Positions 23,450-36,200 of a stretch of DNA of 64,000 nt are shown here, piece after piece. The first letter of the stretch is position 1. Each line of letters starts with the position of its first letter. The notes under the pieces are model-generated. The model did no database searches, was not told the DNA's origin, and saw nothing but the letters and a program-made list of their open reading frames with translations. The translations under genes were made by a program, and so were the position numbers. Source of the DNA: Podarcis pityusensis (lineage: Eukaryota); the NCBI GenBank assembly GCA_964106645.2, contig OZ067039.1. The stretch is one strand, 5' to 3'.

Positions 23450-26400
23450 AATCTTACTTTTGAAGTGGGGCTAGAAAGCTTATGGGGTTTACCTGTTACA
23501 TCTGAGTTTAATATTGAAGATTTACGAGGTTTAATCTCTGCTTTTTGTGAAGGGTGTGACCCATCCAGTCACTTTCCTCCTTCGCAAGATTTAATTCATT
23601 TCCCCCTCTATCCAGTTTTATGGCCACCCTGGCAGGGCACATTTCCGCACAACTTTCCTTTATCACAAAGATACCCATGCACTACATATGGATGCAGTTA
23701 CACCCAGGATTCGGCATGAACGAACTGCCACCCCAGAAAACTCCCCCAAAGCTCAGAAATACGGTTTCACCATATGAATGTTTGGAAGACTAGCTATTAG
23801 AACAGCATATGTTTCCTCTCCCTCTTCAGCTCTATCCTCAGGAGTTTTGGGTTTCTATGTGGAATACTTTTTTTAAAAAAGGTCTTTTGAAAACATGTTT
23901 TTTTTATTTTTCCACGTACTGCTGCCAAAGTGCCTTTCAACAAAGAGGATGACTAACCAGAGTCTCCATGAAAGAAGGATTTTTCCAAGGATGGCTGAAG
24001 GTGGCAGGACAGTGATATCACCTTTTGGGATAGGAACCCCCAGACTCACTCCTCAGCCCTGCTCCTTCCCAAAAAATTAATAAAAATGACAATTGATTGG
24101 TGGGAAGGCAGTAGGAATTGCTAGGTTCCTACTGGTGATTTGTGAGTCAAAGGGAAGTCCTGTTTGGCTGGTTCTGTTAAGTACCAAATAGGGCCTCAAA
24201 TGATTTATGATTTATTTTTCATCCATTTGCTTAGTGACCCTAATGGGTCATAACCAGAGGCATCCCTGTTAACCAAGCACCTTGGAAAAAGAAGTCTACA
24301 ATATTTTACAAACGCATGGAAGTGAACTAGATCAAAGTGACTGCCTGCCTGAGACGCTGACATTCCATCTGCTGTCTGGGGATGGGGGGGGGGGGGTGCA
24401 TGTGTGTCCAGTCAGCGGAGGAGGAGGAGTGGTGTGAACAATGCATAAGAATTAAGAGATTAAACAGCCCAGGAAACTGAAACCATCTCTTGCCTTTCCC
24501 TGTCCAGGTGTGGTGCTGTGCAAGCACACTAAGGCGCAAGGGAAGTTTATTCCCTTTGCATGCAAACTCGTCTGATCAGAAGGCGATGGTTACCTGGGAG
24601 TGTAAAGGTGTCTTCATGCCCCACCAGATTCGGCCCAAACTTACTGCTGTTGCTTTACCTTCTCCACATGCCTATTTATGCATTCACCCACATCTCCCTC
24701 AAGCCCAGACATCAGACGTGCCCAGTATGAGAAATGAGTACAATCTAGGGATGAGCAAATCTCTTCTCCCCCCCCCCAACATCCCCCCCATTCAATTTCA
24801 TTATTATGCTGTGGTTTGGCTCTGCCCAGCATTTCATTCTGCCTGCCTTCCGGTTTAACTTGAAGAATTTCTGGGATTAATTTGGTGCATGTGCAGTATG
24901 CTGTAGTTTTCAGTTTGTATTTCTTCCCCTCGACCATTTTTTTACAAGTTAGCACCGGGCATGCGTGCACATGTACACTGATTAAAACACAGCACAAAAC
25001 AGAATATTTTTAGATAGTGAGCTTGTATAGTGCCCATTGTAGTTAAGGCACTCTTAAAATGCAATTGGGACATAATGGTTATGAATAAAATAACAAGATA
25101 TAAGCAGTTATGGGAGGGAGGGAGGGATTCAGTGAAGATTTTTAGGAGGAAATTGTTAACATTTTTGCACTTTGAAAGGAAGGAAGCAAGTAAGTAGCCA
25201 TCTCTTTTCATAGCCCATGAAGCAGTGGCTTCAGCACTGGTGTCTCATGGCAAACCCTGCCTTTTAGTATTCTGTGGCTATGCAATGAGCTACTTATAAA
25301 TGTTCCAGAATCTCACAGACTCTCCAAGTCTACCAGCTCATTTCCCCCTAGCCTTCCTGTTGAAGTTAAGCAAAGTCATTAATTAATTCAACTTAGAGGC
25401 AAACCAAAGCAATTTTGGTTTGAGCCAAAATAAAGGTGGTTGAAATTAAGTACCCTCTGGCATTATTCAGCTCCAAATATTTGAACAGAATTAAATTTGC
25501 TTGTGAATCTTTTTTTTTTTTTTTAAGGTATAAAAAATAGTAAGAGACAGGATTTTTCTTTGTTTTGTATTTTTAAAGACACACTCCCCCTTTTGAGCCA
25601 GCAAATTAAAATGATGATAAAAGCTCTATAGAAGCTAGTTGTCCAGATGATAGCACCCCAATTTAGCTCACAAGGGAAGTAACCATGTTCAATCTAATTA
25701 GGACCTGTTAGGATATTCAGAACTGCTATCATTCCATAAAGTTGAAGAAAACAGTCTCCTAATTGGCTTCCTGCTGGGAAGTCCCGAAAAAGCCTTTATT
25801 GTCCCTCTGTGTAACCCACTCTGTACTTTCTTTGCAGCTGGACTGTTTTGAACACTGTGCTGCCCTCACCTAAAGGCATGGCTGCAAGAAACTTTCATGC
25901 TACTAGTACGTGAATGTTACTTGGCGTATCAGGAGTTTTTCTCACAATCGTGTGTGCAAGGTCTCACATGCCTATTTGAATATCATTTGATTTTGAAGCA
26001 CTCCTATCTGCAGTCTGTTCTAAAACTGGGGGGAGGGGGGGCTTGAAACATTTAAATACCTGCATTTAAACTTTCCTCCCGTCCATAGGTGGGACCGAAA
26101 AACTGAGATGCAATGGGGTATGGTGCTTGCAATCTCTAAAGAATGGATTCTACAAGAGCCAAAAGAGCAATTGCACCTGGGCTTAGATTGTGAGTTGAGA
26201 ACACAACACCTTACCCTTAGGCATTAATTTAAGTGAACAGGCTTCTGGCACCTCCCTGCCCCCATTTTACTCAGCTTCAAAAAGAAACTGAGATGACATT
26301 TCTGATTTTATGAAGCATTGCCTTTTACTTTCCTAGGGAGAGTAAGGTTATGTAACAGCAGAGGCAACTTAACAAAACAGAAAGTAACATCACACCTCAG

Positions 26401-29400
26401 TGCAAGAGAAGACAGAGAAGGTGGAAAGTATAGAAGTACAAGATGGCTCTAAGCTAGATCAGAACTGAGTACTGAGGGGAGGCAGGACTGGCATCAGAGA
26501 TGGGAGTATTTTGGCACCTTCAGGGACACACTGCAGTTCCCCCAGGGTTCTTGATGCTGCTGCAGCTGCTGCTGCTGCTCAGTGCTGTCACTGCCCCTTC
26601 ATCTGCCCTCTCTGAGTATGCAAGCAGTAACAAGGGGGAGGAGGAGATGTAGGAATATCCCGCCTTGTGCTTTCCCTCTGGGTGATTTTGTGGGTTGGTC
26701 CAGAGAGGGGGAGAGTATGTGAATGAGCAGTAGAGATGGAAGGAAGGGTAATGTGGGCTCTCTCAGGGAGTAAGGCCTACTGAAGGCATCTCCTCTCCAC
26801 CCCCCCACTCCAAAAAAAGAGAGAAAAGACTAGAGCTGGCATTGAGATGTGTGCTGTGCTGTGCTAGATATAGCCTCCCAACTCATGTTTGCTCATAGCC
26901 ATGTGACTCTTCTTTGTAGCCCTGGTTATGAATATTTATTGTGGAAGAAAGGGAGGAGGGGCTTTCTCAATTAGGCTTCAGGACACATTTGCCTTTTTGT
27001 AAAAAGCAAGTCGAAACAACAAGCTTTTGCATTTGACCCTCTCAATGGGGGACTGGCAAAGAAACTAACAACAGTACTTTTTCACTAAATGTCACATACA
27101 TGCACAGTCTGCACACTGTCCTTCCATGGGAAAAGGATGTGATAAATTATTCAGGGTTTATCTCTGCAAATGCAAGTTGGAATTTTGTTTTGCTGGAGTG
27201 GGCAGGTGGCCATGGCCTGGTGAAGTGGGAGGAGATTTTGTGTACAAGGAGAGGGCCGTTTTGTTACTTGCCTGTTATTTGGTGCAATCTTGCTCCCATG
27301 AATTTGCAATAAGCTGCCTAGATACAAAGCAAAATCCCAACACGTCCCCTGAACAGAACAAACTGAGTTACTGCCAGAAATTCCCTTGTGGCAAGAAGAA
27401 GTTGCGAAGGCATGCTACCTTGAATTTAGTTCAGCATTTGCAATCACATCCAAAGTGTGCCTTAAGTTTCAAATAAGCAGAATGTGGTGCTGCTGCTGGA
27501 AATTCTGATTCAGTGAGGAAACCAAGGGGGGGGGGGAGAGAGGCAGAGGAATCTTTTCCAGAGACCTCCAGCAATCAGCATAGTTCATCATGTGCATACA
27601 TGACCAATAGGCATACCAGCAATTTAAAGGCTACATTTTCAAGTTCTGCTAGAATATAAACAGACCATGGCCAGGATTAGCCTGAGAATGAGATTAGGCT
27701 GAGAAAGGGATTGATTTTGTTACCACTAAAACCAATAGTAAGGGAGCTAGAAGAAACAAGGGTGATATGCACAAGCCTGAGCAGGACATTCCCAATCTGG
27801 GGAGAAAGAAATGCTGCCCAAGAGCAAACCTTAAGTGCTTCTGCCCCCAAGCATCTGCAGATGCAAAAATAGTGTTAATGATAACAATTATTTTGAACTT
27901 CAGACTTCTCAGATATGCCCAATAGTATAATAGTTAGACTCAAGTTGTATAGATTTTTGTACCACTATTTAAGCAAAGAAGGTACCGTCAGCAATAATCT
28001 GGATAAATACTCAGAGGTTAACCACTGCCTGTTTTTTTCAAGGGAGGGAACTGGTGTCAAAGAACGTTGTATAGAATGCTAACCTAGGCTGCATATGCAC
28101 CATTCATTCAAAGCACACACACCCTTCCCCTCAAAAAAGAATCCTAGGAATAGTAGTTTTTTAAGGGTGTTAGGAATTACAGTTCTTTGAGGGGTAAATA
28201 CAATTTCCAGGATTCTTGAATCCAGGAATTTAGGGTGTCTAACACCCACAAACTCTTAACACTGTCAAACACCTCCTGATCACTTCTACAGTGTTCTTAA
28301 ACAGTAAGCAAAGTTAAACACACCATACTCTTACGAATAAGTTGGGCATGCCTCAGGTACAGAATAGCCTATTAGTTCCCATTGATGTCCTTTGAGATCC
28401 AGTTCTATGATTTTATGCACAGTTGTACATATTTTAACATGAATGGTCAAATGCAAACTAGTTAGGTTTCTCATCTGTGACCATCTCTGTGTCCTCAGAT
28501 GAAGCAAAAGATAATTGATGGCATATTACGTGATTGCTGACTTTCGCTGGAAAACCCCTGACAAATCACATCAGAAAGGAATGAATAATAATAATTAATA
28601 ATAATAATAAAAAACCATCAAGCAACTTTTTCAAATTGGCAAACAAGGAAGTTTCTCTTCCTTTCCCCACTTTTCCTGCTTCTCTCGCACTTTTGCTTTT
28701 TGCTTTGAACAGAATACACTGCCAAAAATACAAGACCTGCTGCTTTCTGCTGGGGCCTGGCTTCACTCTGGATTGAAGTTCCAAAGTGGAACTGACCACA
28801 AAGGAGTTTGCATTCCATGCTGATTCAGACAGACCCTGCTGCCAAACACTTGTGCACTCCCAATTGCTCCTTGGCAGTCATGGCTTTGCTAGTCCTGCAC
28901 CTGATGTCATATGCTATCATGTGAGTGGCAGGTGGGTGTGGCCAGCCAAAGCAGCCATGTTTGGCTGGACTGATGGGCCTAATTTGGCCTACAGCATGAA
29001 GGTCTCTCTCCCTTCCCACACATACACAGAATATTAGATAAAAACCACCAACCAAACTGCCAGTGAGGCATTTACCATCATGTAGTTAGACCAGCAGTGA
29101 GTGACAAGACTGAATGGTCATTTGAAGCTCTCTGAGCAAAACCAAACTCTCTACCTGCCGCACCACTCCCACACCTTCCCAGTATTTATGCCCCTCTGCT
29201 GCACCCTTTGGCAGGGGCTTCCCAGGACTCCAGAAGCAAAGTGTCCCAAATCCTGCTTACCACAAATGCAGGCACAGGCCCATCAATTTTAGAGAGGAAT
29301 CCAATGGCATTTCAGAAAACAAATTGAACTTAAATTGAAATTTCTGACATAAACAGAGGCAGACGCACACTAACTCTAGGGTGCCCTTGGGGGGGGAGGG

Positions 29401-29412
29401 ACGGTAGCTCAC

Positions 29413-29487
29413 CATAGTCCTTCTTGCAATACTTCTTCATGTTGATCTTCAGTTTCCCTTTGGATGCCTTGCAGTATGAATCACAGT
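29413..29487 (-). CDS. NTN1: Netrin-1 coding exon (exon 6), start of NTR/C345C domain
   Basis: Translates (D)[24 protein letters not shown]. Acceptor ctcccctgaag (AAG), donor gtgagc; 75 nt, phase 1/1. Confidence 0.96.
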
Positions 29488-32400
29488 CTTCAGGGGAGCC
29501 GAGGAGGAAGAGACAGAAGAAAACATTAACAAAACAAATTAGTCTTAAAATGAATGAAAGACTTGGGAAAAGAAGGGAGTGTGTGTGTGAGGGGAGAAGG
29601 GAACAGTGAAAGCTGTAGCCTGCTATGAATAAGCAGCATGCCTGTGATATCCATCTGCCAGGACCTGATTGGGTCATCTAATGGGGGCATTCACTGAAAA
29701 CCTTCCTTTCTAAAGAAAGTAACTCACAAAAGAAGCTATCCTCCTCTCCCTTTCCCTCCCCTCCTATCCCCGCCTGACAAATTCTTTAAGCTGTCCTCTG
29801 CAGGCTGCCACAACTTGGTTGCCTCCATGGGAGACCCCAGGGCCTCGCGTATTGTGCCACCCAGATCTTTAGAGAGCCACAGCCCCCCCCCCCCCAGTTC
29901 TTAAACTGCAAACTGGAGTCTGATTAAAGCCCACAGAGGCCTCTTTGTCACCCCCTAACCCAGACCTGTGTCAGGCTTTGGCATTCATTGCAAAGGGATT
30001 CTGGCTGGGGTCACTCCTCAACAAAAGGGGTCAGGGAGGAAATTAGCAGCCTATGAAGCATTAGCAAAGCCTTTGGCGTCCACTCTACTGGAGTGTGCAA
30101 ATAAAATGCCCCAGTGGGACTGCTTCATTTCTATGGGCCTTACTGCTGTGATACGATGGATTTACTCCTCCTGAACATCATCCTGTGTTCCAGTGCCACT
30201 AATGTAATGCTGTGTTGAGTTTTTGGCACTGCCTCCATCCTGCTTTGGCTGTGCTAGAACTATTTTCATGCCACGTTTGAGCATTGGGAGTGCAGCTTGA
30301 CCCTGAGCATGAAAAACTGTTATTTGCTGTGGCATTTCTTTCTCTCTCTCTCTCTCTCCAGTTTCTGGCAAGGCTGGGCTGCACATAGCTCAGCCTGCAC
30401 TATGTTTCCCAGGTATGCCAGAGTACAGTGTTTCTACAGCAGTGTTCCTGCTTATCCAAATGGTGCACAGGTGGGTCAGGAATTACACTTTGCTGTTAGG
30501 AAAACACATGATGATGGGCAACTTGCTTTTCTGCAGTGATTGATAAATATTATGGTTCATTATGTGTTCATGTCCTGCTCTTTCTTTAGAATGCTCAAAT
30601 CAGCTAACATAGGTCTCCGACCTATGACTGATCATATTCACCTCTTGCTTGTCTGCAAGCAGTATGCTCAAGAACGAGAGGCCCTATGACCATATAGGGG
30701 ACTATACAATGGAAATGAGCAACCACGGCAATATTATTTACTGATATCCCTCCTTCCTAGCCAGAACAGCATCCTTTAAGGTTATAAATCCTTATAGTAT
30801 AATTACCTACCTAATTGTGTTGCAAACAGGATGTACAGATAAAGGTAATAAAAATACTTAGAAATTTTCATATTTATACTCATGAGCAATGGAGGAAGGG
30901 AAAAGTCCAGCCCCACCACATTCACACCTACAACCTCCCTCTGCCCTTCTTTTCCACCACTGTATAATGCAGAGCTTTGCCTACTGATTAAAAAATAGTT
31001 CAGCACAAATACAGTTCAACAGCTCTAATTATTGCCTAAGCTAAGAGTGTATCGCTTGTGGAAAGACATTGGCCACATCAGGATTAGAAGGACCAGAAAT
31101 GGAGAAGGAAGGCAGCCCCATACGGACAGTTAAAGCGATCTGCCCATTGCTATAAAGCAAACATCATGAAGGGTTGGGTGCTTCTTTCAGCCTGACTGAC
31201 GCTCCTTGTTGTTCCTGGTCCATCTTTTACCATACAGTGAATTGTTCTGGGCCCATCTCACACTAATATATTTGTCCTTGAACTATTTACTATGGAATAG
31301 TTCTGTAGATCTACTGACAATATATTTTTTAAAAAAAAGACTCATCTCACCTAACCTCAGTTAGTTTACCACTAGCAAAGGCTGCAATTTAGTTACATTA
31401 AATGGGGGTCTTGCCATTGTCTTCTGTAAGAGTAGGGCTGCATTATTATAGTCATTTTCCAAGTCCTGGAGGAAAAGTTGAATTCTCTATCCCAAGTCAA
31501 TGAACAAAAGCTTGAATGTGTGTTACCAGGTTGGCTAGAGCCCCCATCCACTGTGTTGAACACTGTTCTGACTGCTTCCAATTACTGATCCATCAACAGA
31601 AGCTGAGAGCATGCTTGCAAGCAGCAACAAAGAAAAGTAAGACAGACATTTTCAACCAACAGATGATAAAAGCAATTTTGGGTCAGTTTGGGGTTGAAAC
31701 AAAGGTACTTGTATAATATATCACGATGTATAATTGAATAATAAGTCAAGCTTTCGTTTAAGTTCTAAATGGTTCAAATTGTGGTTCAAATTCATGTTTC
31801 TATTCAGTCCTTTTTGTTTACTTCTACCTTTCCCCAATACCCAAGAATATGCACTTTCTGAAGGAAATTTTGCTTCTTATTTTTTCTATGTTTTTCCCTC
31901 TGCATGCCATTTCCTTTGTTGTGACAAGAAGAGTACGTTGTCTCAATTGAGTTGATAAATCACTAATATTTCTGGCTGATCCCCTAGGAACCAAGGCAAG
32001 GCTCAGAGTGTTGCATACAATACTGAGGTGGTGAGTGATCTCCCAGGCTTTAGGCCTTGGACTGCTGCTTGAGAAAATGAAATATACAGTGGCAATATCC
32101 CAACGGAACCTTATTTCTGCATGGAACTTCTGGCGTTATTGATTCTAACTGTTTAGCATCACTGGTCTCAAGCTGAGCAATACTCTTCCAACAGAGATTC
32201 AGCATACACCCTTGCTTTTGACTTTCAGGCATCTCTTGAAGACTTGTTTAAGATTTCATTGATGGCAATTTCACTTGCCATCTCAATGTAACACTTGAGA
32301 AAGGTGGAAGAGTACAACTCCAAATACTTTTCACTAGTATTCCTGCTTGCCTCAAACTACACATAGCCCCTTCACAATTGACACAGAAACTATCTAGCAA

Positions 32401-33044
32401 CAACAGAGCGCATTTAGGTTATCTATTAAGGACAGTGTTGCTAACCTGCTGCATTATGGCAATGTATGTCCATGAAACTGTCTGCAACAGCAGTTAATAT
32501 CAGTCAAAAATGTATAAATAATCACAGGAAAATTGAAAAGTGAATTATTCACTTGTTGCACTTTCAACTTCTGACTCTGAGCAGAGCTCAGCATTTATGC
32601 ACAGAACCAAAACAGGACTACAGATGTGCTGTAGTAGATGATGCTTTTATCCCCCATTTCCTTCACTGTAACACAAGGCATATACAGCATATTCACTCTC
32701 CTGCATCTTGATTCTCTCTCTGTTTGGACCAAGCACTCTTCTGGGGGGGATATGTGAGAGAAGCTTTGTGGAGTGTGTCTACTGCCCTGGCCAAGGCCAA
32801 AGTACCGGGGCTCAGCAAGTGGAGGCCCACTTGTGCAGTTTGTAAGAAGAGCAAGGCTCTCCAGGAGCTGGGGTACCACAGGGGAACACAACACACATAA
32901 ACCTCCCCAGATTGGAGAAAATGTTAGTCTTATTTAAACAAACAAACAAACAAACAACCTTGGCAAGCTGCAACCTCAAACCCAGCAATCTCATGCCCAG
33001 TCAAAACAAAACAGATTTGGGAAATGGTACCTTTAATATATATG

Positions 33045-33282
33045 CAGTGATACCTCGGGTTAAGAACTTAATTCATTCCGGAGATCCGTTCTTAACCTGA
33101 AACTGTTCTTAACCTGAAGCACCACTTTAGTGGGGCCTCCCGCTGCCACCGCGCCGCCGGAGCATGATTTCTGTTCTCATCCTGAAGCAAAGTTCTTAAC
33201 CCGAGGTACTATTTCTGGGTTAGCAGAGACTGTAACCTGAAGTGTATGTAACCTGAAGCATATGTAACCCGAGGTACCACTG
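33045..33282. mobile_element. Tc1/mariner (Tigger/pogo-like) MITE, 238 bp
   Basis: TIRs CAGTGATACCTCGGGTTA ... TAACCCGAGGTACCACTG; TA on the right (TG on the left); internal TAACC(T/C)GA repeats. Confidence 0.85.
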
Positions 33283-36200
33283 TATATAATTTTAAAAGCA
33301 GGATAAAAAGGTGTGGTGGCTGTTTTGTCTCATTTGCAGCTTCAGAACACGTCAGGAGCATTTCCCCCCCTTCCCTATCTGTTAGCTTAGTTATTTTCTG
33401 AACGATTCCTTCACAAATCAGTGCACTCACCTTTTTTAGTGCTTCTTGTATTTGCACAGTGTGGACAGCATTAAAAACCCGTCATTGGGGTTTCCACGTG
33501 CTGGGCAGCAACTGCCACACAGCCTTGCCTGAAAAACCTCCCTGCCCTGATCCTTCTATGATCTACTAATCCTTGAACAAGGAATTCCCAGCATGCTGCT
33601 GTCTATGCTCACAGGATGGTGTTCATGTGGAGATGGAGATCATAGGATAATCAGAATGCCTGGCACTAAAACTGCACAGCACTAAACACTTCTTGAGCAA
33701 CGGTGCTAGAGCTATTTGGAGCCTATGACAAAGTGCACTTCTTGTGTCAGCTGGGATGCATCATCCCAGATGGAATGCCAGATGCTTGAGAGACAAAGTG
33801 GACATGTTTGCAGTACATGATATTCTGGTTGTATTTTGTGGGAGATTGGTTCATATTGTTCACAGCACATCTGTTTTATTCCTTCTTCTGCTTCATGTTT
33901 TATTTCCCTACGTATGCACATTTCTTGGTGTTCATTTCTCAGGGCTGCTCACCAGTTGCCCACTCAGAATGGTAATCATCAATATCATCATCTTGATTTC
34001 TCAGAACTATTCAGCACTGTTGCACTTGTGTCTGATTCAGGAACAGAACGTATCTCACAGAGAAACAAACTGGGATGGGGAGAACACAGAGGCATGATGT
34101 CTCCGGGTCGTGTGGCAGCTATTATGGCTTTCCCATTATGAGCTCCAACATAAAATTTGCCATACAATTTTAAGCAGGATAACATGCTTAGGTGAGACAG
34201 AACACTACAGATAATCTCCAAGTCACATGAAAGTTACCTGTGAAGCAGACTTCAGAGCTGATCTTTTGGAGGAGTTGGCTCTGTTTCTACAGCTGGATGA
34301 ATCAAACACCCTAAATAAGAACATTGCTTAAACATTTTCCATGCCTGCAAAATTCCTTGTTCTCTTGTGCTACTACGTCACACCCAGTGTGTAGGAGCAG
34401 GCAGCACCTGACTCCTGAAAAGATCGAACAGCTAAAGATGACAAGAAAACTACCAGTGGGTACCATGAGCACACTTCATTAAAGAGGGATCAATGCATTT
34501 GCTTGGGTAGCTACTAAGCTCTATACAGTACAACACATAGCGAAAATATGGGCCAACGAGTTAACAGACAGCGTAATTTAAAGTTAATCCAGTCTCTGTG
34601 GAACTGCATGCTCCAGCTGCTTTGAGTTCCAGCTGCAAAGCCAGGTCTCCAAACCCCTTTATAAGAAGCTGCTTGACCCCAAATCCTGCAGCAGGCCACA
34701 ATTTCAGCATGAGGTATAGAATGTAAGAGAAAGAGAAGGAGAGGGAGAAATGGTGTCATTGAACAATGGGCCAAAACTGTAATAAAATCCTGCTCTGAGG
34801 AGCAGGAAAAGAACTAGTAAAATTAACCATTCTCCATAGCTGATCACATCAAAGTGTTAAAAAGGAATGAGACACGAGGGTTGACTTTAGGTTTCCACTA
34901 AATCCCAAAACAAATTCCAGTTAGAGAGAATAGCCATTTCCAGATAAACCATCTGAACATTTTCAGACGTTTCTCCAAAACACAAATATGAGCCACATCG
35001 CCCTCCATAATCATGCAGCCAGTGCTGGAGAGAAAGGGTGCAATGAGAAGTCAAAAGCTAAAGCAGGAAACACCTCACAGGTAGGTTACCTGAAGTATTG
35101 CTTTTGCTAACCTTGTTCTTTTACTAACAGAATATCTGGCACCATTTCTATCTCCCATGTTAAAATACAATTCAGATTAAGTAGGCCAATCAGTTAGTGA
35201 TGGTTCCTTACTCTTGCTACAAGAACTCAGTGATATGCAGGTCCCATCCCATCCTGCAATTCTATGATTTTATGTTCAGGCTCAATCTGTCCTTGGAGTG
35301 AGTTTATTGGTTTTAATATCTTCAAGATCAACTTCAGAGCAGCAAATGGTTCCATGGGTGACAGTAAAAATGCTTTTGCAGAGCCAGTGTCTGCTTTCTC
35401 TGCCAAGTAGCTACAATTTCCTCCAAATGTTTTGCTGCTTCAAGCCTTTCATTGATTGAGCCTGCCTTTATCTTTGCAACCTTAAGGTGATGGGTCACTG
35501 AGGGGCTGGGGGCTGGAGATGCTGTTCCCATTGCAGAAAATGGCATGCAGTGGTTCTGCCTTGGTACCATAATTCAGCACAAAGCCTGGGTGGATCTATC
35601 AGACAGAACACTAACTGTGTGTTACATGAGAACTACTTCGCAGAAGAAGATACTTCTTCATAGAAGGCATTCTGAGAACAGGATTAACATGAAACCTCTA
35701 TGCAAGTTATGACGTGACATCATACATGTGTAAACTGCTTAGCATGTCTTGTGTGGATTAGGAATGTCATCATGTGGCACTGACAAACAGGGCTCACATT
35801 AGGCTGAAGAGAAACTCAGTTTTATTTGTTCCTTTGACTCTGATAATATTTTATTATACCTCTCTTTAAATTTTAAAAAAGCAAAAGTCTTGTCAGTGGT
35901 GGAGGAAAGACAATAAACTAACTACATCAAGATTTTGAGTCTGGTGTAATATTTGAGGGGTCAAATATTTGAGGGGTCAAATGTCTCCTCTATTTAGAGG
36001 GTTATTTATTAAATATATGACATCACAATCACATGGGTAGCAAATCCCATCAAATTTTATTTTATTTGGTGGAGTTGGTGAACAGGCAAGACCTTTTTCT
36101 CTTTTTTTATTTCCTTCATGGTTCAATGTACATTGTGTTTTTATATCCCATTTATAATTTTATAGATGAATCCATTTCATCCACTTCTGATTTTTTTTTT

